A stretch of 64,000 bases of DNA from Selaginella moellendorffii (lineage: Eukaryota > Plantae > Lycopodiophyta): NCBI RefSeq assembly GCF_000143415.4, contig NW_003314298.1, forward strand, positions 882,645-946,644, given 5' to 3'. Under the pieces are notes generated by a model. It was given only the letters and a program-made list of their open reading frames with translations, ran no database searches and was not told the DNA's origin. Numbering within the stretch: the first letter of the stretch is position 1; each line of letters opens with the position of its first letter. Of this stretch, positions 12,880 through 25,012 are shown piece after piece. Both the position numbers and the translations under genes were made by a program.

Positions 12880-15800
12880 GAGCGTGTGGGAGCTCACGTC
12901 CATCAACATCAACTAGCACATATGCTCCACCTCCGATGTGTCACTAGACAAAGTAGGGGCCAGTCCAGCGAGGGGAGAATTTCGAAGGTGGAGTAAACTC
13001 CTTGAGTAGAACAAGATTGCCATCCTCAAATGGTTCAGCAGACTGCTGGTGATCGATGACTGACTTGATCTTCTGCTTGCCTTGAAGGAGATGTTCCGAT
13101 GTGGATCATCGCTGTTCTTCCAAGGCAAGAACCTCGAAGTCACGTGCATGAAGCTTGTCGTCATCGCTAAGTTGCATCGCTGCTGCATATCAAAGAGAAA
13201 GTGAGAGTGATGGCACTTGGATCTCCACTGGAAGCACGGCCTCTGTCCCATAGACAAGGGAGAATGGGGTCGTAGAGATGGATGTCTTGAAGGACGTCCG
13301 AAAGGCCCACAACGCCATAACCAGGTGTTTGTGCCAACGCCTTGGGTGATCTTCCACAAGCTTTGAGATGACTATGTTCAATATCTTGTTGTTGGACTCC
13401 ACCTGGCCATTGCACTCAAGATAATAGTTGCTGCTCTTCACATGCTTGACCTGCAACTGTTGGAGAAGATGCTACATCACCTGTCCAAGGAAGCCGCTGC
13501 CACAATCGGAAATCAAAATAGCAAGAACTTCGAATCGGCAAATGATGTACTCATAGACAAACTTTGCTATAGACTATTGATTTGCTTGTCGCAGAGGGGT
13601 GGCCTCAACCCATTTTGTGAAATAGTCCGTCGCCATGATGATATATCGGTGTCCTTTTGAGCTCAGTGGGTTGATCGGGCCGACGAAGTCAAGTCCCCAC
13701 TGGAAAAAGGGACCCGGAGAAGTGATGAGCTGGAAAGGAAGACGTGGAACATGGCTCTAGGGGTTGAACCGTTGGCACTGCTCACATGCTTTTGCATAGG
13801 CCAAGCTGTCCTGGTGAATTCGAGGCCAAAAGTAGGGCAAGAGGAGTTGTGCTGTGACCTGTCCCGAGAAATGCCCTGCACAAGAGTGGAAAGCATGAAG
13901 GAGCTCAGGGACCTCGTGTTCCCCCACACACCGCAACAAAACTTCCTGAGAAGTCCTCCTATAAAGGTGTCCGTCAAGAAGGCAAAACCCCCATGCTCAG
14001 ATTTCCAATGCCTTTTGTTGTACTGTTGAGGAATCTGCTGGGAATTGACCTACACTGCAATGTCTTGTAATGCTGCTGGGACCACAAAGGAAGTAGCTTC
14101 AGCAACCAGGAACTCGCTCAGATCCCTCACACGCTTCTGCCGCATGTGAAAAGTTGGCTGGAACTCTTGGATGGTCACAATCCAAGACAAAGTACGAGGA
14201 CTATGAATTGGTCGTTGTAAAAGAAAGGTCAGCACATTAAAATAGACGTGGAAATGGATATGGGCTCCAGCGAGGAAGTGACAAAATCCCTCCAAGGTGT
14301 AAACAACAGCCATTGCTTCTTTTTCCGCATCCACGTACTTCTTCTCAGTCTCCTTGAATGAATGTGAGGCATAGTATGTTGCATGTGGTGGTTGGCCAGG
14401 CTGTGAACATTGGCAAAGGCATACTCCAAAAGCCTCTATACCCATTGTGATGTAGATGTCGAAAGGAAGTTGTCGCTCTAGTGGTTGGAGTACCAGGGCT
14501 GTGCGGAGTGACTGCTTCAGTGATTCAAAGGCTTGTTGTAGTAGAGCTATCAGAGGCCGTGAATGTGCAGCATAGTCATGGAGGAAACGGAGAAAGAAAC
14601 CCATTTGACCGAGGAAGCTGCGAAGCTGCTTCACGTTGGTTGGTGGGTTCTGATCCAGAATCTCCTGAGCCTTGGCTACTTGGGGCCTGATCCCATCCTG
14701 CGAGACATTAAACCCTAGCAACCAGCCTTCAGTCACCCCGAATTTACACTTTGCCGGGTTCAATGAAAACCTGTGTTTTCGGGAGCGAGTGAAGATCTGC
14801 TCCAAGTGCACAAGGTGGTCCTTAAAGGAGTCAGAGGTCATGCACAAATCATCCATATACATCCTCAAGGCACCTCCCATCAAGTTGTGAAAGGCGTGGG
14901 TCATAAAGCGCTGAAAAGTAGCTCCGGCATTACACAAGCCAAACGGGAGGACGTTGAAAGCGAAGACGCCCCAAGGTGTTCGGAAGGCTGTAAGATCTCG
15001 ATGATCGGGATGATCTGGTTGTACCCTGAAAACCCATCCATGAAAGAGTAGTAACGGTGTCCAGCCATCTCATCCACAATTGCATCGATAAACGGAGATG
15101 GAAAGTGATCTTTCGCAATTGCCTTGTTCAAGTCTCAAAAGTCAATGCAGAGGCAGAGTTTTCCATTTGCCTTGCGTGCAGGGATGAGATTTGCCACCCA
15201 CTCTGAGCTCTCCAAAGGGTAAATAAAGCCGGCTGCTAGAAGTCGCTCGATCTCCAACTTCATCTCGGAGTGAGCTACTGGGCTGAAATGCCACATCTTT
15301 TGACGGACTGGTTTGGCTGTCTCTGAAATCACAATACTATGCATGATTGTGTCCATGGGAACTCCTAGAAGCTGACTGTAGTCCCAAGCAAACACGTCCT
15401 TGGAATAGTGGAGGAGATCCAAGAGCTTTGCTGTGTTTGTTGAAGCAAGCGATGTGGCGATAAAGATCGGGTCCTTGTCATGACCCAGGAAAACGGCATG
15501 AACCCTAGAGTCTGGAGAAACCTTAGGCTTAGGGGGCTCATCTATCTTTGATTCCTCCCTGACCTTGGAAACCAAAGAGTAGGGAGTGCCTTTTGCCTCT
15601 CGCATCATGGTGATTGCTTGATGTGATAACCTGTCTACCCAAAGTTTTCTTCACGAGGGACACTTCAAAAAGTCACCTGGGAGAACTCATCCTTCAGGTT
15701 GACCACCTGTTGCCATAGCTCTTTCAAGTTCTCTTTGCTGACTTGGTATTCTCTAGTAAGTTGGTGTATGATGAGTTGCACATCTCCAACAAAAGTGACT

Positions 15801-17485
15801 CGCCTAAACTTGAGATCTGTGGCCAACTTCATGGCATTGATAGCCACCAAGTACTCTATTTCATTAGCTGATGTTGCTGGCAAAGTGATAGAGAGGTTGG
15901 CTACTTTGTTCTCCGCAGAATCAATCATCCAAACTCCAATGCCGGCAACCTGGTTTTTGGGGTAGAAAGCACCATCAAAATAAGCTGTAATCATAGGAGT
16001 GTCCTCTTCTTCAAATAAAGATGTTGGGGACACCACATCCGGCAAGACCGTCTCTGGCAAGTCAGGCAAGAATGCTGCTATTGGATTCAGAGTCTTTGTC
16101 TGTTGTTCTCTTTGCTTCTGATGCTCTGAGTGCTCGATGTCCAATGCAAGGACTGTAACCAAGTACTCTACAAGTGAAGGAAGATCCTCCACTGAAGTCC
16201 AGTCCAAGTCTGATGCTGAAGTTTCAGTGTAATATACTTGGACCTGTACCGGGAGCTCCATAGTAGGAAATTCTGAACTCAAAGAGCTATAACTCACATA
16301 CAACATGTCTGATTGGCTTGATTCTTTCTGCCAGTTCTATGTCTGGATGTCATCCTCCATCTCCAAGAAATGGCATGACAAAATACGCTTGGAGTCGTTA
16401 GCTACTGCGATTTTAGTAGGAAGATGCTAGCTGTGTGACACCTCAGATAGTTGTTGAGGAGGATTGAGTTCGGCTGTGTCCTGTGAAAGATGGACTTGGT
16501 CTGGAGTGATTGTGTCGTCAAGCTCCATAAGAGAAAGTCGGTCTCATGCAAGAAAAAAATTGAGGAGCCCTTCCTCTATCGAGAAACACTTCAAAAAGTT
16601 GGATATGGGAGCCCGTACTTTATGAGCCCCGCCATCAAATAAAGAGAGCCTGTCTAGAGGCTCGGCCTTACTCTCAAATAAAGAGAGTAAAGCTAAGAGA
16701 TGTCTCGGGCTATCTGACTCACCTCCAACCATGTCAATTGCATTGCATGAGAAAGCATCTGTCATATAGATGGTTGACTCCACCGCCAACTCAAGAAAAA
16801 CCTCTGTGAACTCGAGAGAGAAGTGTGATGTGAAGGCCATCTTAGTCTGAGCCTACTGGGCTTGCTGAGAAAGAGCTCTACTGTGGTTGTTGAGAAAGGT
16901 GGTGCTATGGGTTCCATTGCTAATTTCCATCTTGCCTTTTGCGCTGTCAATGGTGGAATGGGTTGTGACTTGCCATGAGCGGCAAAGGATGATAAAGTCC
17001 TTCAAAGAGGACATTCCAAGATGTTGGTAGTCAACCACGAGGAAATCTGCCTCAGAAATAACACCTGGCACAGAGACCTTGACACCACAGCAAATGCCTA
17101 CTGGAGGAATAGTGTGGTTGGCGAAGGTCTTGAGCATGATGGAGGAGCTCTCAATGATCTATAGCTATGCTAAAGGGCAGTTTTGAGAGAGATAATATTG
17201 CTTCCAGAATCAGAGTCAACCAAAGCATCTGTCCTACAAGAGGAAGTATCAATCTGCACAGGGACAAAGAATGGACCAAGATCGCCACCATATCTTGTCA
17301 TGTCAACAATGTGCACCTCTTGAGGAGTCCTCTTGAGAGTGCTCTCTAGAGTTCCTGACCATGCAAACTCCTCTAAATGTTGGCCGAATCCCGGGACAAG
17401 ACACAACATGTCTTGAAGCAAAAAGGTGACAGGAGTGTCAACCAGCTGTTGAAGAACTGGCTCTAGAACAGGAATAGCTGTTGGA
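12880..17485 (-). mobile_element. Tat-type Ty3/gypsy retrotransposon, pol part (PR, archaeal-type RNase H, RT, RH, IN), degenerate
   Basis: Protease ALVDSDSGSNII (17170-17421); aRH YFDGA...NEIEY...GDVQLII (15665-16000); RT MDGFSGYNQI and YMDD (14050-15608); IN NGQVESNNK and GPY/F GAYVLVDVDG (12880-14000). Confidence 0.9.
17479..17485. repeat. Target-site duplication TGTTGGA (partner 29184-29190; 8 bp CTGTTGGA if the right terminus is CCC)
   Basis: Identical direct repeat flanking the GGGG...CCCC termini; the Tat sequence resumes after it. Confidence 0.85.
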
Positions 17486-18565
17486 GGGGATGGTCCAAAG
17501 TTGAGTTGAGCTCATGAGTTGAGCTCAATTCAACACAAGTCAACTCAAGTCAACATAGTCAATAAGAAATATTACAAAGGAGATCTAAATTGAACAAATG
17601 AAGGTTCTAGCAAACTTTAAAATATTAAAATACGTAAATATCTAAGTTAAAAGTTTCTATAAGATTGAATTGTTTAAAAAAGACAAAGTTCATGAGAACC
17701 TATCTTTTATAAAACTATATTATTTTATTATGACAACTGTTACAGCTGTCATATTTGATTTGACTACTTAATATTTTGAATACTTTTACAGCTGTAGATA
17801 CTATTCCTTCATTCAAAAGAGTTTTTAGGGTTCTTGAGAAGATGGGAAGCAAGGAAAATACAAGATCTGTGAGTAAGAGTTGTAGTGCAAAGGAATGTGA
17901 GAATGTTAATTTTGTTTCACTACCACAATCTCCATATTACACTCCTGGTCTTTATTACCCATCTGGGAATGTGGAGACCACTATCACGATTGATAAAAAT
18001 GCTCCTGTTACTTCTGAAACAACAGTCCAGAGCAAGAGAAATGAAGAAATGAACAGCACAGCGGAAAGCACCAAGAAATCTACTCCATAAAACTTTCTAT
18101 GACATTTGTAATTTACATATTAATTCATATTAAAAACTCTATTGCTTGCCTATATCGCAATCCTCTCATATGATAAGACCAAGGTATATTTTGCAGTGAA
18201 TCCTCATTAAAAGTTTTTGGGAATTGTTTGTAAATAATGATAAAAGAAATCAAAATCTTTCGAAAGACTCAAAAGTAATATCACATCAAAGAATCAACTT
18301 TATCTACATTTCCAAGACTAAAAGGCAATCTCACATGAGAGAATGGTAGCGTGCCAACGTGCTCTACCACTATAATGTGGTCTATATTTCCTTGCAATTT
18401 ATTTCCGTAGACATTTGGCATGTGTAGAAAAGAATATATGTGTAGCAAAGTAGGATTCATCATAATGATAGAGCATGTGTATACACGATAATCTAAAATT
18501 CTAGAAGCTCTTATGTTTACAAGAAAGCTATGATTATGAAGCCCCATTTCCAAGACTGACATTTA

Positions 18566-18706
18566 AAGAATCTGAGTATTGTCAGTGTCATAATAAATAA
18601 ACCTCATTCCCAAGAATCTGAGTATTGTCAGTGTCATAATAAATAAACCTCGTTCCCAAGAATCTGAGTATTGTCAGTGTCATAATAAATAAACCGCATT
18701 CCCAAG
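18566..18706. repeat. 46-bp tandem repeat x3
   Basis: Unit AAGAATCTGAGTATTGTCAGTGTCATAATAAATAAACCTCATTCCC at 18566, 18612 and 18658. Confidence 0.95.
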
Positions 18707-18795
18707 ACTAAAACTTAGTATATAAACTATCTAGAAAAGTTATAGTCATTGTAGGTTTTTTGTTCTCCTTGAGCTCCTTAGAAGTTTATATTGAA

Positions 18796-19341
18796 ATGGC
18801 TCAAAGGAGACCCATTGCTAATCGTACTTGGCCCCCCAGCATTTCATATCAATCTCCACCTCCATCCCCAAGTTCTACCAACATTCCACCTTCACCTCTA
18901 CGTAACAATCCTTTTTCTGCTGAGGGCTCTAGTGAAGCTGAATTAGAGCTCCCTATATGTGAAATTCCGGATCTTGCTACTAGAGAGGGATTGCCTTTAG
19001 CGCTTCAAGAGCAATGCCACATGTTTTTGCAAGATCTTGCTCCTGACATGGCAGGACTACTTGAAAGCATAGAACGCTATTACATTCGGTGTCCAATATG
19101 CTACTTTTTCTTGGACAAGACAAATGGCTCTATGGGTTTACAAACTTTTCTTGAGCATTGTAAGAATTGCCCAATGGCAGGTCTGGAAAATGTGCACATG
19201 TGGATGTACAATAGATTCAAGAATGAGTTACAGACACATACCCACTATCGCTTCATGGTGAGGAACAACATCCCCTTGGGAAACACTACATTGGCTAGTG
19301 CAAAATATGGGGTTTTTAGGCCACCCTATAGTGGAATGTAA
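18796..19341 (+). CDS. Small zinc-finger protein (SGS3/zf-XS-like), transposon cargo, paralog of 28188-28640
   Basis: Intact 181-aa ORF from MAQRRP; motif CPIC...GLQTFLEHC...VH...KNELQTHTHY. Confidence 0.6.
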   Translation: MAQRRPIANRTWPPSISYQSPPPSPSSTNIPPSPLRNNPFSAEGSSEAELELPICEIPDLATREGLPLALQEQCHMFLQDLAPDMAGLLESIERYYIRCPICYFFLDKTNGSMGLQTFLEHCKNCPMAGLENVHMWMYNRFKNELQTHTHYRFMVRNNIPLGNTTLASAKYGVFRPPYSGM

Positions 19342-19552
19342 GATCTAGAATTACTTTACTATACTATAGTATTGTCACTATTAAAAGAAAAAATATAATA
19401 AAATGATATTAGTTGTAGGTAACATACCTTGTTCTAGAAGGTGCTATCATATCACATACAATTGTTTACAAAATGTTGAAGGAGGAGATGGCAACACACA
19501 AACGCTACAAAGTGATGGTGACAGGTGAGAATGATAATCTATAATTATGGTA

Positions 19553-19635
19553 TCTGACACTGACACTGACATCTGACAATTTTACTGACATCTGACAATT
19601 TTACTGACATCTGACACTTTCACTGACATCTAACA
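19553..19635. repeat. CTGACA-based short tandem repeats
   Basis: CTGACA x3 followed by 19-bp units CTGACATCTGACAATTTTA. Confidence 0.85.
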
Positions 19636-19669
19636 TATAACAAGCTTTCCATTTTATGTAAGGATGCAA

Positions 19670-22600
19670 TTAACTTTCTTCTGCCTCATCATCAACATAA
19701 TGATTTCTTTTATACTTCCTCCTATAGTGGTATTGTGGGGAAGATTCACCTTGCATATGTTGAGCCATGGCTTCTGCATAGTCAGGGAGACTTCGAAAGC
19801 CTCCAATTCTAGAAACTCCAGGTGATTGTGATCTATAAAATAGAATGAAATATATATTGAAATTTTAATAAACATAATTTACCTCCTTGAGGTTGAAGGC
19901 AACTCACGAAATCCTCTGAGCCGGCGTTTGAAGAAATGATGTTCTTCAATAGCAAACACCGACCTACCAGAGTCACGTGCTGCCTCCACCATAGAACCAC
20001 TACCTGCTGTGCAATCAATCACAATACCATCTGGTGGGCAATAGAGCTCAAGCAAGACTTGCATTGCTGATGGAGTTCGGAATCGGTACCCTGGAAACGT
20101 GTTGCGGATCTGCTCATCCACAAGGTTGGGTATGATGTTAGTGGAACTGTCGTACCCAGGCAAAACACGTGCTGCACGTTCGCTATCACGAAACCCATCA
20201 TGTGTGTTTCTGCAGAAGGCATGATAGGTCCACATCATAACCTGGAAAATAAAAATGTTTAGAAATTAGATAAAATTATAAAATACATACTCACCTTTTC
20301 AGGCTTCCCTTGGACGCCCCTTGTATCAACGCCAATAGGATCCATAATGCACCCAGAAGAGAATGACTTGAAATGAACTTCTGCTGCGCACGTCATAAGC
20401 TCATACATCCAGTTGGGGTCATTCGGTAGGATGAAGACGACATGGCCAGCTTCGAGCATAAGTACTTCGGACAATAGGAATGCATCGCGCAAGTGGTCAG
20501 GTGTGAGAAAGTTCCAATCCTCAACTTTCCCATCGATATCTGAAAGACCATCTGGAAAGTCGAAGAGAATGAAGTCCGCAACTGGGAGCACGGGCCTTTG
20601 TATCTTTCGGCACCAACGGTTGAACTGGCGGCGTATATCCATGTTGATGTCGTCTTCCGTGAAAGATGTCAATAATCTACTGTAAGAGCCAATGAAGATA
20701 CCCACAATGCCTCGTTGTGTTATTGGGGACACAGGACGGACCTATAAAAGAGCTAAGTGAATGAAAAAAGTAATAAATAGTATGATACCGTCATATGGCG
20801 TGTTGTCGATGAGAGTTCCTCCAACTCCTCTTCACGAGCATCTCGTCGAGCTGGAATGAAATTACTACCAACAGTCATTGCTGCAAAAAACATGTATTAC
20901 CACCTTTAGTTTGTAAAATTCACTTTTGCTTACCTCGAGGTCGACGTGATATTCGGTGAACCACTTAATCATCGTTATTTACTGGTAAAACCTGATCCGG
21001 ATCTTGGTTGTTTGATGGTTGAATTGGAGCCTGTTCCTGACTGTCTGGTGGTGGAACATGAACTTGATCTGGAGCTTCCTCATCCTCGTCTCCATCGTCA
21101 CTTGCATTGCCATCGTTGCTAGCATTGATAATTTCCTCGCGATCTAGTGTAGAGGTCTCCTTCCCTAGAAGCTCCAACTCCCAAGGGCATTCTATCTTCC
21201 GTGCCTTTGGAACTCTCGCAAACATTGTTGGATACATTCCTCCATCTCTTACACCCTTTGCAACAAGTCGAGTGCAAACTGGTGCCTCAAATGGCATGCC
21301 TCTATATCGAAGATACCTGTAAACAATATATTTAAAAAAACAGTCTTAGAAATCATATTATACCTATAAGCTGCACGTCGCATGAAATAAGGTTGACCAT
21401 GTTGGCAATCATAAGTTGTTGTGCTTGTAGACTTCTCTGGCAGCCACCCCTCTTCGATCCCTTCCAATGACGTGTTGATGTAGGTGTCGAAAGACATGAA
21501 TGTGCCATCTGGATCGTCACCAATGTGTGGTGCCAAGAACTTCTCACCTTCACTTATAGTTTGCGTGATGTAGACAGCCCTTCTCATCATGTTCTCAAAT
21601 AGTTCTGGCAGTCCTTTCTCTCTGTTCATCAAGCAGACATTGAGGAACTCCAGAGTCTCTATCTGTTGCTTATATGGAAGCTTCGATTTTGCGATATTGT
21701 AAATCATATCATCTGGAGTTTTGTTCACTGCAAAAGTAACATATGCATAATTAAAAAAAATGAAGTGTGATAAAAAACTTACATTCATGAGAAGAAATTT
21801 CGGCTATAGTCTCTAGCCACTCCTTCGGCCTGCGATTGTCTGCAATGCATACTAGTTTCTTCAACTTTGAGGACTTTGCATGCTGAATTTTGTGCTCAAT
21901 TTGTACAAACTCAGCTGAGAGCTCTTCCCGACTCTTCTCCAGATATGCAAGTTCGTAAGCATCCTGCTTGACCTTCACCAAAGGCTAAAAACCAAAACAA
22001 TTAAAAGAGGCTTTTATAAAATAAAAGGGAAAGACATACCTTACACCACACAGCGAGCATAAAACTGATTGGGTTGTTGAACCAAGTTGTACCGTCATTT
22101 CGAGTGCGTGAGTGCCGAACAAGTGTTGCGAGATCATCACCATAATGTTGGCGGATGTCATCCTCACTCAAGTCTGCCAAAAATCGAAGTTGCTCAATGT
22201 CATGGACAAGATTTTGTTTTTGAACAGCGAACTGCCCAAGCCTACATTTAAACACAACAAAACAAGTTAAAGTGGAGTTAGAGGTAAAATTATAAAACTT
22301 ACGCATTGATCTTTTGGCAGGCCAAGATAAGTCTGTTGACATCCAAAGGTCCCCTCGCGTAGACATGGCCGACTGGAACGTTGATATGGTAGATAGGATC
22401 ATCGCGAAAATGATCGTCGATACACTTCATCCAAGCTCCATATCGGTGGTTACCGTCAATAATTTGGAACATTGTCCCCGCAAGCTGTCGAGTCTCAGGA
22501 TGTCTGATAAGCATGTCATCAAATTCTAGGGACTTCCTCCTCCAAATAGGATCCCAGCTATTCACAATCTCGGGTGTGACAGTAATGATCTCCGTTGTTC

Positions 22601-23584
22601 CTGGCTTGCAAAAAGAGACTAGAAACATACCGATATTTGTTGCAAGGCCATTCTGTTTGAACAAGCTGTATATATCCGGGTTGACATACTTGGATGCTGT
22701 GCGGACAAGGTTCGTCTGCTGCAAACGGCAAAGGGGGATTTCTCTGATCAAGTCACAAGGGCCTGGCCACTTGAGCGCCTCAAGTGTTTGGTGAACTGCT
22801 TTTTCCCTTGTCCGCATAACAGTCTCTTGGAAGCACTTGTCCACCACGTTGTCAGGAAGGTCTGCAACTCTTTCAGCTCCAGGTTGTTCCTCAGGTTCCC
22901 TATCGTGAACACCACTAGATTGACCAACTTCAGGGATTTGCGTTGGTGGTGGTGGCGGTGGTGGCGGGGGCAAAGGCAATAGTGGCAGTGGTGGTGGCAA
23001 TGGTGGTGGTGGCGGTGGCGGCGGGGGCAGAGGCAATAGTGGTAGTGGTGGTGGCAATGGTGGTGGTGGCGGTGGCGATGGAGGTGGTGGAGGTGGTGAT
23101 GGAGGTGGTGGAGGTGGCGATGGCGGTGGTGGAGGTGGTGATGGTGGAGGTGATGGTGGTGGAGGTGGTGAATCTCTATCTAAATGTGTCTCTGTTGTGC
23201 CAATGGACATGTCGATTGTGATGTCGTCGTCAGTGCCAAATTGAACTTCTCGTGTCTTCTTGGCTCCAACAACCTTTTTCTGTGTTACAATTTTCCTTTT
23301 CTGCAAGAGAAAAAGTTTTGTTAGTCAAACTAAATAAAGATAATGAGAAATTCAAACAATCAAAGAGAAAAAAAAAATCAAGTGGGCCTAGACTCCACCT
23401 CGGGCACTTTGGCTGCCCAGGGGGCCGAGGTTATTCAAATAACCTCGGCCCCTCGGCAAGCAAAACTGCCCGAGGTGGCCCGCCCGAGCTCGACCTCGGC
23501 CAGCAAAGAAGCAATCAAGAAAAAAAAGGGAAGAAATGGAATGGAAGTGGAAGCAATCAAATCGAAACTCACCCTTGGCGGCAT
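19670..23584 (-). CDS. ParB/Srx-domain plus beta-class N4C/N6A DNA methyltransferase-like fusion protein (multi-exon; one in-frame TAA at 20965)
   Basis: Exon 1 MPPR|GTGAG (23584-23573) splices to KRKIV (23300). Polyproline tract; ParB signature FQIIDGNHRY (22443-22457); motif-IV-like FILFDFPDG (20550-20561) precedes motif X/I LLELYCPPDGIVIDCTAGSGSMVEAARDSGRSVFAIE. Last exon ends YVDDEAEES*. Confidence 0.8.
22944..23170 (-). repeat. (CCA/CCN)n polyproline-coding repeat
   Basis: GGT/GGC/GGA triplet run encoding (S)PPPPP units within ORF 22299-23306. Confidence 0.95.
23395..23478. other. GC-rich 84-nt nested stem-loop in intron 1 of the ParB-MTase gene
   Basis: CCACCTCGGGCA/TGCCCGAGGTGG outer stem; GGGGCCGAGGTTAT/ATAACCTCGGCCCC inner stem. 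Confidence 0.8.
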
Positions 23585-23625
23585 CTTTCCTCCCTCGATT
23601 TCTTGATCGTGCTAGATTTCTTGTG

Positions 23626-23858
23626 CGCTCAATCTCTCCTTGCACGCTCAATCTCTCCTGCTTGCGCGCTCAATCTCTCCCGCTCGCGCGCTCAAACTCT
23701 CCCGCTCGCGCGCTCAATCTCTCGATCTCTTGCGCGCTCAATCTCTCGATCTCTTGCGCGCTCAATCTCTCGATCTCTTGCACGCTCAATCGCTCGATCT
23801 CCTTTGCGCTCAATCCCTCGATCTCCTTCGCGCTCAATCTCTCGATCTCTCGCGCGCT
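23626..23858. repeat. ~20-24-bp tandem repeat (GCGCGCTCAATCTCTCGATCTCTT) in the 5' region of the ParB-MTase gene
   Basis: About 10 degenerate units; telo-box-like ACCCTAACCCTAA motifs follow at ~23897-23935. Confidence 0.9.
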
Positions 23859-25012
23859 CCACTCACGATGCGAACAGTAACCTAATCTTGGCGGCTACCC
23901 TAACCCTAATCCTGACGGCTGCCCTAACCCTAACCTATCTCTCATCCTGGCCGTTCATTCCGAATAACCTAAATCTCAACCATCACAATATCTTTGATCT
24001 TATTTTATCTTATCATTATTATTATATGTAAATTATGCTTCTTTATTTTGTATATTTTAATGATGGTATAACTAGCACCTATCAACATTTCTGTTATTAG
24101 AGATATGATATTATATTTTACAAATTATCTAGAAAGGATGCATTCTCATCACTATTTTGTACATATTTTGGAATCGTTACAAGAACTTCAAAGAGTATAA
24201 ATAAGGCACGTTAAAATATGTTGTACTATATCCATCTATGAATGGATGAATCCGCATCCAGAAATTTATTTTGTACTGTATTAGATCCTAAACAATAGGC
24301 ACGTGCTTTAAATGTCATTGAGCAGTGTTCATAATTATGGATAAAACTTGAGTTGTACTACGAATCAAATCTGTTATTGAAGAATAAGATTTGACAAGAT
24401 TTATTATCATCTACCACTTAAAATTTGACAACTTGACATATCACACGTGCTGATAGTTAGATTGGATCTCTTGGTTTGACACGTTATAGCAGAATGTCAT
24501 TACTGGTATCATTATTAACTATCAAACTTCACGTGCTGAAAATCTTTCCTTGGATCTATGTGTATACATGCATCAGACATCATAATAGATGACAGTAATA
24601 TTAATACTGTCACACTTACACATGTTAAATTTGCTATAGAATTTAAATTCATTTTGTACGTTGTCTTCTTATTACTCTATTTAAATTTCAATTATGTTTC
24701 ACTATAGATTTTTACAAGTAGCATAAAGAGAGAGAACTCCAAAACCTATTGAGAAGGATGGAGAGGTTTCTTCTTCATTTTCGAGATCACCCACCTCTTT
24801 CATTCTCTCAGAGTATTGTTTCTGAAAGTTTTTTATGTCGGCGTTTTGATCTTCGTCTTGGCTCTATTTCTTTAGAGGCTGTGATCCGCAACGACACCGG
24901 TATAGTTGCATACTCGGAGTTTCTTCTTTCTGGTGTGGGCGAGGGTGGACAACAATGGGATTTACAAAATTCCAAGTCAAAGGAGATTCGAGTGTTTGGA
25001 TCTCCAGTCAAA

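Noticed and set aside
12878-12916. Helitron 3' end (hairpin plus CTAG)
   Set aside because: The sequence reads as the Tat integrase GPY/F tail on the minus strand, and CTAG is not followed by T.
18566-18706. CRISPR-like array
   Set aside because: Head-to-tail repeats with no unique spacers and no cas genes; eukaryotic context.
23252-24031. 259-aa RS-rich ORF and overlapping ORFs
   Set aside because: Product of the 24-bp tandem repeat, antisense to the ParB-MTase 5' region.
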